A stretch of DNA of 57,756 nt from Candidatus Bathyarchaeum sp. (GTDB taxonomy: Archaea; Thermoproteota; Bathyarchaeia; Bathyarchaeales; Bathyarchaeaceae). Below the pieces are notes generated by a model. That model did not search any database, had not been told where the DNA came from, and was given only the letters and a program-made list of their open reading frames with translations. Where the stretch lies: contig JAFGGM010000054.1 in the NCBI GenBank assembly GCA_016930555.1, positions 1-57,756 on the forward strand, in the 5' to 3' direction. Both the position numbers and the translations under genes were made by a program. This document shows, in pieces, positions 8,495 through 18,629 of this stretch; position 1 is the stretch's first letter, and each line of letters starts with the position of its first letter.

Positions 8495-10843
8495 TTGACC
8501 AATAAAGGTTTGCGTGTAAAAGCAAAAGAACTCAAAACAGACATTGCATTAGTAAAAGGACTAGAACTTTCAGTCGGCAAGATCATTGATGACACTTGGG
8601 AAGAACCTATGGGTCCTACACCAATGCCCCACATAGCCACACTAAGAGATTGGGACATGAAACTGCTCAACAAATACAAACCTTTCTATATGCCCGACTG
8701 TGACCTCTGCTGTCTCTGCACTTACGGCAAATGTGACTTGACAGCAGGAAAGCGCGGAGCATGTGGCTTAAACATAGCTGATCAATCTTCTCGTATTGTC
8801 CTTATTGCATGTAGTATCGGTGCCGCAACTCATACAGGACATGCACGACATGTTGTTGATCACTTAATCGAAGAATATGGTCGGAACTATCCACTTGACG
8901 TAGGTGGCTTTAATGTTGATGTTGAGGCTCCAGTAACTCGACTTGTTACTGGAATAAAACCAGAAACACTTGGAGATTTAGACGAGGTTTTGACTTATTG
9001 TGAAACACAAGTAACTCATTTACTATCCGCAGCTCATACCGGTCAAGAATCTAATAACTTGGATTTTGAATCCAAAGCGTTTCACGCTGGCAGAGTAGAC
9101 CAAGTTGGTATGGAAGTCGCAGATATAGCTCAAATTTCCGTTTTTAATTTTCCCAAAGCTGATCCTGAAGCTCCTCTGATCGAAATGGGATTGGGAACAA
9201 TCGACAATGCAAAGCCAGTCATTTGTTGTATAGGTCACAACGTAGTTCCTTCGGTTGGAATCATCGATTACATGAAAGCAAATAAACTTGACAGTAAACT
9301 GGAAGTTGTAGGTTTATGTTGTACTGCCATTGACAATTCGCGATACTTTGACCGAGCAAAAATCGTTGGTCCCATATCATGGGAGCTACGTGTCATACGA
9401 AGCGGTCTTGTTGACGTATTGGTTTTGGACGAACAATGTGTCAGAACAGATTGTGCACTAGAAGCAGAACGAATCAACGCACCAGTTATTGCTGCCTCAG
9501 AAAAGAACTGTATAGGCTACAAGAACCGCACAAACGACCCAGTTGATGAGATAGTCAACGACTTGGTAAGCCGAAAAGTTCCTGGAGTTTTAATTCTAGA
9601 CCCCGAAAAAGTTGGCGAAGTCGCAGTTAGAGTCGCACAGAAAGTAGCGCCTATGCGCAAGAAACTAAGCATCTTACCTTCTGAAGAAGAAATTATCAAG
9701 CTAGCTAAAACCTGTCGCCACTGCAATTTATGCCAAAGAAGTTGTCCACAAGACCTCGAAATTCCCGCCGCTATAACAGCAGCAGCTGAAGGTAACCTCA
9801 AACCTCTAACTGACTTATATGAAGAATGTATTGGATGTGGAAGATGCGAAGAAGCTTGTCCAGTCAAACTCCAAATCCACAGCTTCATACTAAAGGCTGG
9901 ACAGAAATACATGCTTGAAGAAACAAACTTCTGTCGTGCCGGCAGAGGAGCAGTTCAAGATATCGAAATCCGATCTGCTGGTGGTCCTATTGTACTCGGT
10001 GAAATCCCTGGCATCTTAGCAGCTGTAGGTTGCGCCAACTATCCACACGGTGGTAAAGATGTTTACGACATATGCCGAGAGTTTGCTCAACGCCGATTTA
10101 TTGTGATGACTAGCGGATGTTCAGCTATGTCCGCTGGTTCATACAGAAATGAAGAAGGACAAACACTCTATGAAGAATTTCCGGGCTCTTTCGAGGCTGG
10201 TGGCGTGCTTAATGTTGGCTCCTGCGTTTCTAACCCACACATTGCAGGCGCAGCAATAAAAGTTGCTAGCATATTTGCTAAAAGAAACTTGAGAGGTAAC
10301 TATGAAGAAATCGCTGATTATATACACAACCGGATTGGCGCTGTAGGTCTAGCATGGGGAGCATACTCGCAGAAAGCTGCATCTATTGCATCGGGTTTCT
10401 GGAGTCTAGGCGTTCCTGTTCTTGTAGGACCACACGGAAGCAAATACCGACGCATGCTTATGGGCAGATCTGACAAACCAGAAAACTGGGAAGTCTATGA
10501 TGCCCGCACAGGCGATACAGTAAATGTTGGACCAGCACCTGAGCATTTGTTCCAAACAGTGGAAACCCCACAAGAAGCCATGGTTGCTATAGCAAAACTC
10601 TGCATAAGACCAAACGATACTTGGAAGGGGCGATCAATAAAACTCTCTCATTACATTGACCTACACAAGCGTCACTATGGAAGAATGCCAAAGGACATTC
10701 ATCAATTCGTGCGAACAATGGCTGATGTGCCAGTGACCATGAAGGATGAAATCAAAGACATATTGGAAGCAAAGGGCTGGAAAGAGACTGTTATTCCGGA
10801 CCCCACAATGCTTCCAAGAATGATAAGGAGCAAAAAGGAGTGA
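8495..10843 (+). CDS. cdhA: ACDS complex alpha subunit (CO dehydrogenase)
   Basis: CDLCCLCTYGKC, GHNV, CCTA, DEQC, two ferredoxin motifs, GCAN, SGCS, GSCVSN. Confidence 0.97.
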   Translation: MTNKGLRVKAKELKTDIALVKGLELSVGKIIDDTWEEPMGPTPMPHIATLRDWDMKLLNKYKPFYMPDCDLCCLCTYGKCDLTAGKRGACGLNIADQSSRIVLIACSIGAATHTGHARHVVDHLIEEYGRNYPLDVGGFNVDVEAPVTRLVTGIKPETLGDLDEVLTYCETQVTHLLSAAHTGQESNNLDFESKAFHAGRVDQVGMEVADIAQISVFNFPKADPEAPLIEMGLGTIDNAKPVICCIGHNVVPSVGIIDYMKANKLDSKLEVVGLCCTAIDNSRYFDRAKIVGPISWELRVIRSGLVDVLVLDEQCVRTDCALEAERINAPVIAASEKNCIGYKNRTNDPVDEIVNDLVSRKVPGVLILDPEKVGEVAVRVAQKVAPMRKKLSILPSEEEIIKLAKTCRHCNLCQRSCPQDLEIPAAITAAAEGNLKPLTDLYEECIGCGRCEEACPVKLQIHSFILKAGQKYMLEETNFCRAGRGAVQDIEIRSAGGPIVLGEIPGILAAVGCANYPHGGKDVYDICREFAQRRFIVMTSGCSAMSAGSYRNEEGQTLYEEFPGSFEAGGVLNVGSCVSNPHIAGAAIKVASIFAKRNLRGNYEEIADYIHNRIGAVGLAWGAYSQKAASIASGFWSLGVPVLVGPHGSKYRRMLMGRSDKPENWEVYDARTGDTVNVGPAPEHLFQTVETPQEAMVAIAKLCIRPNDTWKGRSIKLSHYIDLHKRHYGRMPKDIHQFVRTMADVPVTMKDEIKDILEAKGWKETVIPDPTMLPRMIRSKKE

Positions 10844-10850
10844 ATGAATA

Positions 10851-11393
10851 ATGTCGTGTGAACCTTGGCAATGTGCAGAAATCGCTGCCACAAAGAAAGC
10901 ACACCCTATAAACAAACCCGAAGTTGCCGTTGCAATGATAAAGCGGGCTGCCCACCCCATTCTTGTTGTGGGCAGCAACGTCACAGAACGTTCTTTGGAA
11001 GGAAAGCTATTAATCGAATACATAATTGACTTCGCCAAAGCATCAAACGTTAAGGTGGTTGCAACAGCTCACATGGTTGCTGAATTCCTAAAACGAGGCT
11101 ATGAACCCGCTGACTTCATGTCCGCTATGGACATCGGTAATCGTCTTGTTGATCCGACTTGGCAAGGAATAAACGGTGAAGGACACCCTGACTTGGCAAT
11201 GTTTGTGGCTCTTCCATACTATATGGAGTCCTTGATTTTGTCTGGACTGAAACATTTTGCCCCTAACCTTAAGACAATGACTTTGGATAATTTATTTCAT
11301 CCACATGCCAGCTGGTCATTTCCCAATGCACCAGCGAAAACGTGGACAGAAAATCTAACAGTCATGACTTCAAAATTTAAAGGAGGAAAATAA
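10851..11393 (+). CDS. cdhB: ACDS complex epsilon subunit
   Basis: AMIKRAAHPILVVGS, WQGINGEG, HPHASWSFPN; follows cdhA. Confidence 0.95.
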   Translation: MSCEPWQCAEIAATKKAHPINKPEVAVAMIKRAAHPILVVGSNVTERSLEGKLLIEYIIDFAKASNVKVVATAHMVAEFLKRGYEPADFMSAMDIGNRLVDPTWQGINGEGHPDLAMFVALPYYMESLILSGLKHFAPNLKTMTLDNLFHPHASWSFPNAPAKTWTENLTVMTSKFKGGK

Positions 11394-11397
11394 AAAA

Positions 11398-12783
11398 ATG
11401 TCAATGTTTGAAGACATCCCAGTGGATGTTGGAGTAATTTATGAAGGAGAAAGAATCCGACGAAACAACATGCAGATCGAATTAGGAGGACCAAAACAGC
11501 CAGCGAAGTTCGAGTTAGTACGCGCGAAGAAGATGGATGAAATCGAAGACGAAAAAGTTACCATTATTGGGCCTGACCTCAAGGATTTGCCTGAAGGCGG
11601 CAACGTTCCTTTTGGCATTCTTATAGAGGTTGCAGGAAAAGCCATTGAAGAAGACCTTGAAGGTGTAGTAGAACGTCGTATCCACGAATACTGCAACTTT
11701 GTTGAAGGAATCATGCACCTAAACCAGCGCTATGATATTTGGATACGTGTTAGCAAGAAGGCTTTCCAGAAAGGCCTGAACTCTTTCACACATGTTGGTA
11801 AAGTGTTGGCAAGACTCTACAAGAGTGAGCTTCCCTTCATCGAAAAAATCCAGATTACTTTCATAACTGACCCCGCAAAAGTCAAAGAACTGCATGACCA
11901 AGCGATGGACGTTTATGAAGCCAGAGATGCCAAAGCCCGAGGAATGAAAGATGACGAAGTTGATACATTCTATGGCTGCACCCTCTGTCAATCATTCGCG
12001 CCTACACACATGTGCGTAATCACTCCCCAACGATACTCAAACTGTGGTTCAATCAGCTGGTTTGACGGTAGAGCATCTGCACAAGTTGACCCGAAAGGTC
12101 CAGTTTTCGCTATCGAAAAAGGAGAAATGCTTGACGCAGAAAAGGGCGAATTCTCTGGAATCAACGAAACAATCAAACAGAAGACTTTGGGTGCAGTTGA
12201 CAGAGTTTGGATGTATACAGGCTTCGGTTACCCACATACTTCATGTGGCTGTTTCGAGGCTATGGCATTCTACATTCCCGAAGTGGAGGGCTACGGCATT
12301 GTTGACCGCGGATTCAAAGGCGTGACCGTAAACGGGCTACCTTTCTCGACGCTAGCTGATTCTGGCGCTGGAGGCAGACAAGTAGATGGGTTCCACGGAA
12401 TATCCATTGAATATATGCGTTCACCCAAGTTCTTAGAAGCAGACGGTGGCTGGGACCGAATAGTTTGGATGCCACAAAGCGTTAAAGACCGTGTTGCTGA
12501 ATTCATGCCCGAAACAGCAAAAACCAACGTAGCAACAGAAAACGACGCAAAAACAGTTGACGAACTAAAAGTCTTCCTGAAAGAAAAGAATCATCCTGTT
12601 CTCCAAAGATGGACTGAAGAAGCTGAAGAAGTACCTGAAGCTGAAGCAGAAGAAGCAGCAGAAGGAACAATGTTCCCAGTTTCTACCGCAACTGTTTCCG
12701 CTGGTGGATTCAAGATAATCTTCAAGAACGCTAAAATCCACGCAGAAAAAGTAATCATTAAACGGGAAAAACCAAAAAGGTGA
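11398..12783 (+). CDS. cdhC: ACDS complex beta subunit (acetyl-CoA synthase)
   Basis: FYGCTLCQSFAPTHMC and PHTSCGCFE A-cluster ligands; acidic linker. Confidence 0.97.
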   Translation: MSMFEDIPVDVGVIYEGERIRRNNMQIELGGPKQPAKFELVRAKKMDEIEDEKVTIIGPDLKDLPEGGNVPFGILIEVAGKAIEEDLEGVVERRIHEYCNFVEGIMHLNQRYDIWIRVSKKAFQKGLNSFTHVGKVLARLYKSELPFIEKIQITFITDPAKVKELHDQAMDVYEARDAKARGMKDDEVDTFYGCTLCQSFAPTHMCVITPQRYSNCGSISWFDGRASAQVDPKGPVFAIEKGEMLDAEKGEFSGINETIKQKTLGAVDRVWMYTGFGYPHTSCGCFEAMAFYIPEVEGYGIVDRGFKGVTVNGLPFSTLADSGAGGRQVDGFHGISIEYMRSPKFLEADGGWDRIVWMPQSVKDRVAEFMPETAKTNVATENDAKTVDELKVFLKEKNHPVLQRWTEEAEEVPEAEAEEAAEGTMFPVSTATVSAGGFKIIFKNAKIHAEKVIIKREKPKR

Positions 12784-12789
12784 AAGTTC

Positions 12790-13995
12790 ATGCCCGAACG
12801 GGCGGAAAAAGACTCTCAGATTAAACTTCCACCCGAACTTTTAGACCTCTTTACAGGTGTTGATGACCTGGAGCTTGAAGATGTCGACATCGAAGTGGAT
12901 GAACTGGAGTTTGCATATCAATCAGGATTCTTACCCGCAATTAAAAGAATGGTTGCAGCAAAATCTAGACCAAAATCTCTCTTGGATGCACCCTTTGCGC
13001 TTCCTATACAAAAATATCCAGGGCAAATCGTCGAAGTTACCATTGGAGCTACAAAAAGTCAGGGTGGAACCCGTGGAAGTTCTATTACAATCGGAGGAGA
13101 AAAGTCTCCTGCCTTCTACACTTTCGAGAATCCGACACCTAATTCGCCAATAATATCTCTTGACGTATTCGATCAGAAAGTGCCTATCCCGAAAGCAGTT
13201 CGAACAAACTTCAACGACGCAATGGAAGACCCTATTTCGTGGGCAAAATTTGCTGTTGACAAGTTTGGAGCACAAATGATTACCCTCCATTTGGTTAGTA
13301 TTGACCCACTGAACCCTAAGCCCTCAACACCTGCCGAAGCCGCAAAAACTGTCGAAGATATTCTTCAGGCAGTTGATGTGCCGCTTGTAGTTGGTGGATG
13401 TGGTGACCCACAGAAGGATTTGGCGGTCTTTGAGAAAGTTACTGCTGCAGCTGAGGGAGAAAGACTCCTGATAAGCACAGTTACGTTGGATATGGACATC
13501 GAAAAATCTGCTAAACTGATCAAGAAGTACGGGCATGTTGCTTTGGCGTTCTCTCCAATGGACCTTAATCAAGCAAGAGAACTGAACAGGCGCCTTCTTG
13601 AATATTTGCCAAAAGAACAAATCATAATGGACACAACAACAGCGGCGCTTGGATATGGACTTGACTACGCCTACACTATTATGGAACGTGCACGATTAGC
13701 TGGTTTGATGGGAGACCCTGAGCTTCAACAACCCATGTCATCTGGAACAACCAATGCTTGGGCAGCACGAGAAGCTTGGCAGAAAATGGACCCTCAATGG
13801 GGAGCTAGAGAACTTCGTGGACCTTTATGGGAAGCGGTAACTGGCTTAACCCTGTTGCTGGCTGGCGTTGACCTGTTCATGATGTTACATCCTGCAGCCG
13901 TCAGAACTCTTAGAAACACTGCACAAAGATTGGCAGAAAAACGGGGCACCGCAGATGCTGCAAAGGTTGCTGATTGGGTGTCAGCGAAATTCTAG
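12790..13995 (+). CDS. cdhD: ACDS complex delta subunit (corrinoid Fe-S protein small subunit)
   Basis: GGTR..ITIGGE, DTTTAALGYGLDY, AWAAREAW, LFMMLHP. Confidence 0.96.
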   Translation: MPERAEKDSQIKLPPELLDLFTGVDDLELEDVDIEVDELEFAYQSGFLPAIKRMVAAKSRPKSLLDAPFALPIQKYPGQIVEVTIGATKSQGGTRGSSITIGGEKSPAFYTFENPTPNSPIISLDVFDQKVPIPKAVRTNFNDAMEDPISWAKFAVDKFGAQMITLHLVSIDPLNPKPSTPAEAAKTVEDILQAVDVPLVVGGCGDPQKDLAVFEKVTAAAEGERLLISTVTLDMDIEKSAKLIKKYGHVALAFSPMDLNQARELNRRLLEYLPKEQIIMDTTTAALGYGLDYAYTIMERARLAGLMGDPELQQPMSSGTTNAWAAREAWQKMDPQWGARELRGPLWEAVTGLTLLLAGVDLFMMLHPAAVRTLRNTAQRLAEKRGTADAAKVADWVSAKF

Positions 13996-14008
13996 AAGGT
14001 GATATGAC

Positions 14009-15430
14009 ATGTCAGGAAAAGAAACTAAAGGCGGAATGAAACAACTAAGCCCAATCGACATTTACACGTTGCTTCCGAAAACGAACTGCAAAGAATGTGG
14101 AGAAGACAACTGTATGGCTTTTGCAACAAAAGTGGTGAACAGAGAAGTCAGCATAGACCAGTGTCCGCCACTTTTGACCAAGAAGTTCGAAAAAAATTAC
14201 CTGAAACTCAAAGACATGCTTAAACCTGCAGTCAAAGAGGTGACTGTTGGTGCTGATGCCACTTCAATCAAGGTCGGCGGAAAGCTTGTTATGTATCGTC
14301 ACGAGTTCACATACTTCAACCCAACAGCCATCGCCATAGACGTGACAGACGAAATGCCTGATGAAGAACTGTCTGAACGACTCAAAAAGACCCAAGACTT
14401 CTCATATGTCTACATCGGCAACGAACTTAAGCTCCAGATGGTAGCTGTTCGTTCTACTTCTGACGACGCTGAAAAATTCAAAGCATCAGTTAAAAAGGTT
14501 GCAGAATTGACCAAGCTACCACTGATTCTATGTTCCAATGACTCATCAGTCATGGAAGCTGGTTTGATGGCTATTCCTAAAGCTCGACCTCTAATCTACG
14601 CTGCCACAAAGGATAACTGGAAAGAAATGGCTGAGCTGGCACTGATGTACAATTGCCCATTGGCTGTTTCTGCTCCAAATGACCTTGACCTCCTCAGATC
14701 AATGGTTAAAACCATGAAGGAATACGGCATCGATGATTTAGTGTTAGACCCTGGTACTTTCACTGGCGCAGGTCTTGGAGACACAATTAACAACTTCACT
14801 ATGCTTCGTCGTGCAGCTTGCGAGATGGGCGATGAAATGGTAGGTTATCCCCTGATTGGAACTCCAATTACAGCTTGGACTGAACCAGCAAAATCTCCAA
14901 CAGTGAATGCTTGGACAGAAGCACAGGTTGCTTCCATGCTCGTAACACGTTTCGCGGACATCTTAATTATGCATGGCACTGAAGGCTGGGCTCTTCTCCC
15001 GTTGACTGTGCTAAGGCAGAACATCTACACTGACCCTCGAAAACCAGTTGCGGTAAAGCCTGGATTAAGAATCATTGGAACTCCTGATGAAAACTCTCCA
15101 GTGCTGATGACATCAAACTTTGCCTTAACTTACTACACTGTAGAACAAGACATAGAATCCACAGGCAAACCTGCATATCTTATCGTCGTTGACTCTGAAG
15201 GAACAGCCATAGACAGTGGAGTCGCCGGCAGGAAACTGACTGCAGAAACTGTTGCGGATGCAATCAAAGAAAGCAAAGTAGAAGAGAAGGTGAAGCACCG
15301 GAAGGTGATAATCCCAGGTAAAGCAGCTCGTATAAGTGGAGAAATCGAGGAACTATCGAACTGGGAAGTTCTGGTTGGACCTCAAGACTCTTCAGGTATA
15401 GCTAAATTCCTTCAAGACAAGTGGAAGTAA
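14009..15430 (+). CDS. cdhE: ACDS complex gamma subunit (corrinoid Fe-S protein large subunit)
   Basis: LPKTNCKECGEDNCMAFA...CP, RQNIYTDPRKP, TSNFALTYYTV. Confidence 0.97.
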   Translation: MSGKETKGGMKQLSPIDIYTLLPKTNCKECGEDNCMAFATKVVNREVSIDQCPPLLTKKFEKNYLKLKDMLKPAVKEVTVGADATSIKVGGKLVMYRHEFTYFNPTAIAIDVTDEMPDEELSERLKKTQDFSYVYIGNELKLQMVAVRSTSDDAEKFKASVKKVAELTKLPLILCSNDSSVMEAGLMAIPKARPLIYAATKDNWKEMAELALMYNCPLAVSAPNDLDLLRSMVKTMKEYGIDDLVLDPGTFTGAGLGDTINNFTMLRRAACEMGDEMVGYPLIGTPITAWTEPAKSPTVNAWTEAQVASMLVTRFADILIMHGTEGWALLPLTVLRQNIYTDPRKPVAVKPGLRIIGTPDENSPVLMTSNFALTYYTVEQDIESTGKPAYLIVVDSEGTAIDSGVAGRKLTAETVADAIKESKVEEKVKHRKVIIPGKAARISGEIEELSNWEVLVGPQDSSGIAKFLQDKWK

Positions 15431-15626
15431 GATTCCACACCCTCATTTCCTTTTTTGTTATTTTTTAGTTTTTCTTGTTTCACAGCATTGAATCAGCCAA
15501 CTTACATAATCCGGGCAGTTTACGTTCTGATGTTCCGTTTCTAAAGGTTTATCCAAAAAATACATAATATTCTATAGGAATAATGCAACGTTAGAACAAT
15601 AGTAAAGGATCGGAGAGATTAGCGAT

Positions 15627-16091
15627 TTGACCAAAAAAAACGAGGAACAAAGCATTAACATTTATGACCTACTCTCTGATGAAGTTGCTGAGATAAAAGA
15701 AGAAAAGAAAAACAGACGGGCTGAACTTCTTGAGTCAATAGGAGTAGAGGATCGTTTTGAAGACGGAAGCATCAATATTGACATGCGAACCTGCAGGGGA
15801 TTAGAATGCAATTTATGCGTGAAATCCTGCCCCACCAACGCCCTCTACTGGCGGGCTGGAGAAATTGGAATCGAAGAAGACCTGTGCATCCATTGCACTG
15901 CATGTGTCCTCAACTGCTGTGTAGATAACTGCATCAAGGTAACCCGAAAACGTCCAAACGGCAAAACAGAAACTTTCAGCACACCGAAAGAGGCACTGGG
16001 AGTAAACCGCCTTGTCGCTGCCCATAACGCAAGGGAAAAGGTGAAGCTCCGGGTCGAAGATTCTGAAGAATGCTCCATAAATAAATTTTGA
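15627..16091 (+). CDS. 4Fe-4S dicluster ferredoxin-like protein
   Basis: CRGLECNLCVKSCP and CIHCTACVLNC motifs. Confidence 0.85.
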   Translation: MTKKNEEQSINIYDLLSDEVAEIKEEKKNRRAELLESIGVEDRFEDGSINIDMRTCRGLECNLCVKSCPTNALYWRAGEIGIEEDLCIHCTACVLNCCVDNCIKVTRKRPNGKTETFSTPKEALGVNRLVAAHNAREKVKLRVEDSEECSINKF

Positions 16092-16121
16092 ATCTTCGCT
16101 TGGCGTTTCGTTTTCTTTGGG

Positions 16122-16832
16122 TTAAGAGTTTTTTGTTCCAAGCATTTTTCTTCTACGGTCTTCTCCAGGCTTCACTGTGTCTTCTACCATCTTGTATTGT
16201 CTCTCGTAAATGTGGCAGTTTTTGCTGTGAAAGATTAGTTTGCCCGTTTCTATGTCCATGTTTCCTCTTCTGTTAATTTCTGAAACAAGGGCTTCGTTGA
16301 ATATCTGAATTCCAGCGATATTGGCTGGCAGTCCTGCGTAGGCATCCCATGAACGGAAGTAGCATGTTAAATTCATTTGGTTACCCAATATTTCTGTATC
16401 AATCAAACTCAGGCATGGTGGTTCATGCTTTTTATGAGACGTTATACTCTTTTTGATGTCCTCAGGTAGTCGAATCACAAAGGTAACCTGCCTGTCTCTT
16501 CGTTCCTCTACATACCTCTTTATGGCTTCTTCCACCTGATCCACAGGCTCTCTCATGCGGCTCCCATAAGTGTAAGTTTCTTCCTCTATTGCTCCTGACC
16601 ACAAATACTTCAGAGCATACCAATTAACATACTTCATATCACATGGAGCCATAAAATCAACTAATGGACGATTGGCAGGGTTCGCAATCTCAATACTCAA
16701 ATTCAACTTCTTGGTCTCAGAAACCTCAGAACCATACCCAACTTCAAAACGGTCTCCATTATACCAGATTTCATTCAATACCTTGTACCAAGCATCTGGA
16801 CAATCAAAGGCCTTAATCTTAACATATCTCAA
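16122..16832 (-). CDS. thyA: Thymidylate synthase (archaeal ThyA type)
   Basis: YTYGSR, HEPPCL (catalytic Cys), FRSWDAYAGLPAN, HIYE. Start placed at TTG 16832 behind GGAGGT. Confidence 0.88.
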   Translation of the reverse strand: MRYVKIKAFDCPDAWYKVLNEIWYNGDRFEVGYGSEVSETKKLNLSIEIANPANRPLVDFMAPCDMKYVNWYALKYLWSGAIEEETYTYGSRMREPVDQVEEAIKRYVEERRDRQVTFVIRLPEDIKKSITSHKKHEPPCLSLIDTEILGNQMNLTCYFRSWDAYAGLPANIAGIQIFNEALVSEINRRGNMDIETGKLIFHSKNCHIYERQYKMVEDTVKPGEDRRRKMLGTKNS

Positions 16833-16966
16833 GATTGAACCTCCTGTATACTTTCCTATCATGCAACTCTTATAATTGCTTTTCAGATCTCCCATATGGG
16901 AGGGTGTAACAAAAAATTGTGTAAAAAAGGTTGAAAAAATGAAAGTAGATTCCAGCTGATTACAGC

Positions 16967-17119
16967 TTAGTATCTATTTCTTCTTGGCGGTCTTCGTTTC
17001 GCATAACACTCTCTGCAGTATACAGGTCTGTTCGGGTCAGGCTTGAATGGAACTTGACATTTTTGTCCACATTCAGCGCAGACTGCGTCGTGCATTTCGC
17101 GTGGTCTACCATAAGACAT
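16967..17119 (-). CDS. CxxC-x17-CxxC small Zn-binding protein (50 aa)
   Basis: Manual translation: MSYGRPREMHDAVCAECGQKCQVPFKPDPNRPVYCRECYAKRRPPRRNRY; GGAGGTG upstream. Below the ORF-track length cutoff. Confidence 0.9.
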   Translation of the reverse strand: MSYGRPREMHDAVCAECGQKCQVPFKPDPNRPVYCRECYAKRRPPRRNRY

Positions 17120-17284
17120 TCGGATTGCACCTCCCTATCTATTAAGAGAATCAGTTTCTTCAGAACACTAATTCTGAACATCTTACATTAAAGTTACTTA
17201 TAAATTGTTGCACAGGAATAAGAAAAAAATGAGAAGAACTTTGAATTAATTGAGCGCAAACACTAAAGTTGCTCGTTAAGAAAG

Positions 17285-17482
17285 CTATCCTGTTTTTATG
17301 TGAACATTGTTTCCGCATTTTTTGCATTTAAGATTAGAACCGGTCACAGAAATTAGCCTGAAAGGTACTAGGCGTCCGCAGTTCTGGCATTTAGCAAAGC
17401 GGAGTTTTTTGCGGTCTTTTTTTTGGATGTTGTCAATTAATGCAGTAAAGATGTTGTAATCTTGGTTTTGTGGAATCTCCAT
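17285..17482 (-). CDS. Small Zn-ribbon protein
   Basis: CQNC...CKKC; directly downstream of the wHTH gene. Confidence 0.6.
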   Translation of the reverse strand: MEIPQNQDYNIFTALIDNIQKKDRKKLRFAKCQNCGRLVPFRLISVTGSNLKCKKCGNNVHIKTG

Positions 17483-17488
17483 CCGGGA

Positions 17489-17797
17489 TTACCTCACTAA
17501 CATCGGGGCTTCAAGCTCTTCTGGTCTAAGAAGGCTTGACATTTCCATGTAATTGTCGATGTAACGCTCACCTTTGGTGGTTGTTTCATAAAATTTCTGT
17601 CCATTCACTTCGTTGACCTTAAGGAAACCCATTTCCGTCAGGAAGGAAAGAAACTCGTTTACTTGGCTGAAACTCAAATTTGCTCTGTACATAATCCGGG
17701 TTTTCAGTTGGCTTCCTTTTGTTATTTCCATTATTTCTGCCATTATATGTAACCGGTCTCTTCGGTCCCATAGTGGTTGAGCATTACTACAGTTCAT
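17489..17797 (-). CDS. Archaeal winged-helix regulator (HTH_45-like)
   Basis: RRDRLHIMAEI...KTRIMYRANLSF...YETTTKG. Confidence 0.85.
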   Translation of the reverse strand: MNCSNAQPLWDRRDRLHIMAEIMEITKGSQLKTRIMYRANLSFSQVNEFLSFLTEMGFLKVNEVNGQKFYETTTKGERYIDNYMEMSSLLRPEELEAPMLVR

Positions 17798-17907
17798 TAC
17801 ATTTCCTCTCTAATCTTTTTCAGTACGCTTCTTCTGTACATCTGAACGCCTAAATACTGTGTTTCGTTAGAGAACATATTCCGATAGAAAGAATATTATT
17901 TTGGATT

Positions 17908-18465
17908 CTAAATGAATCCTAAATGTTCAAGAAGTATTTTCAGTCCAATAACAAGTAATATTATGCCACCTAATGATTCGATTCTGCTTTTTAGAACACG
18001 CCCAAATCTGCCTCCAAGATAGACACCAAAAAAAGACAACGAAAAAGTGACAACTCCAGTTACGATTGCGGGAATTATGATTGCAACCTGTAGAAGAGAA
18101 AGGCTGAGACCAACAGCCAAAGCATCGATGCTAGTTGCAATCGACAACACTAGCAGCACTTTGATGCTGAGCGAAGCAACAAGAGTATCAGATTCATTTT
18201 TGATAGATTCATAAATCATTTTGGCACCAATAAATGCTAGAAGGAAAAAAGCTACCCAATGGTCATAATCTGCAATTAAATCTATGATATGCACGCCAGC
18301 AAACCATCCAATGACTGGCATAATTGCTTGAAAGAATCCGAAGAATACAGCTATTTTGAGGGCTTTAGTGGCTTGGAATGTTTTGGTTGCTAATCCATTT
18401 GCTATAGATACTGAAAACGAGTCCATTGCAAGTCCTAAAGCAATTAAAAGCACTGTTATGTCCAT
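17908..18465 (-). CDS. mntP: Manganese efflux pump
   Basis: ALGLAMDSFSVS, FFQAIMP, ATSIDALAVG. Confidence 0.92.
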   Translation of the reverse strand: MDITVLLIALGLAMDSFSVSIANGLATKTFQATKALKIAVFFGFFQAIMPVIGWFAGVHIIDLIADYDHWVAFFLLAFIGAKMIYESIKNESDTLVASLSIKVLLVLSIATSIDALAVGLSLSLLQVAIIIPAIVTGVVTFSLSFFGVYLGGRFGRVLKSRIESLGGIILLVIGLKILLEHLGFI

Positions 18466-18629
18466 TCTTCTTCACTTTCGGAAAGATTATGCTTTTGAAT
18501 GCAGATGCCCCTAAAAAGATTTCTGAGCTGTCAAGTTAAGTGTAAAAGTTGCTTGATGTATAATCGCCACTAAACATTCTATTTGCTGACTGACAAAAAA
18601 TGGGGGTTGTCCCCCAGTTGGCATGTGGG

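Noticed and set aside
16960-17181. Tracked 73-aa ORF
   Set aside because: Wrong frame; the real gene is the 50-aa CxxC-x17-CxxC protein at 16967-17119.
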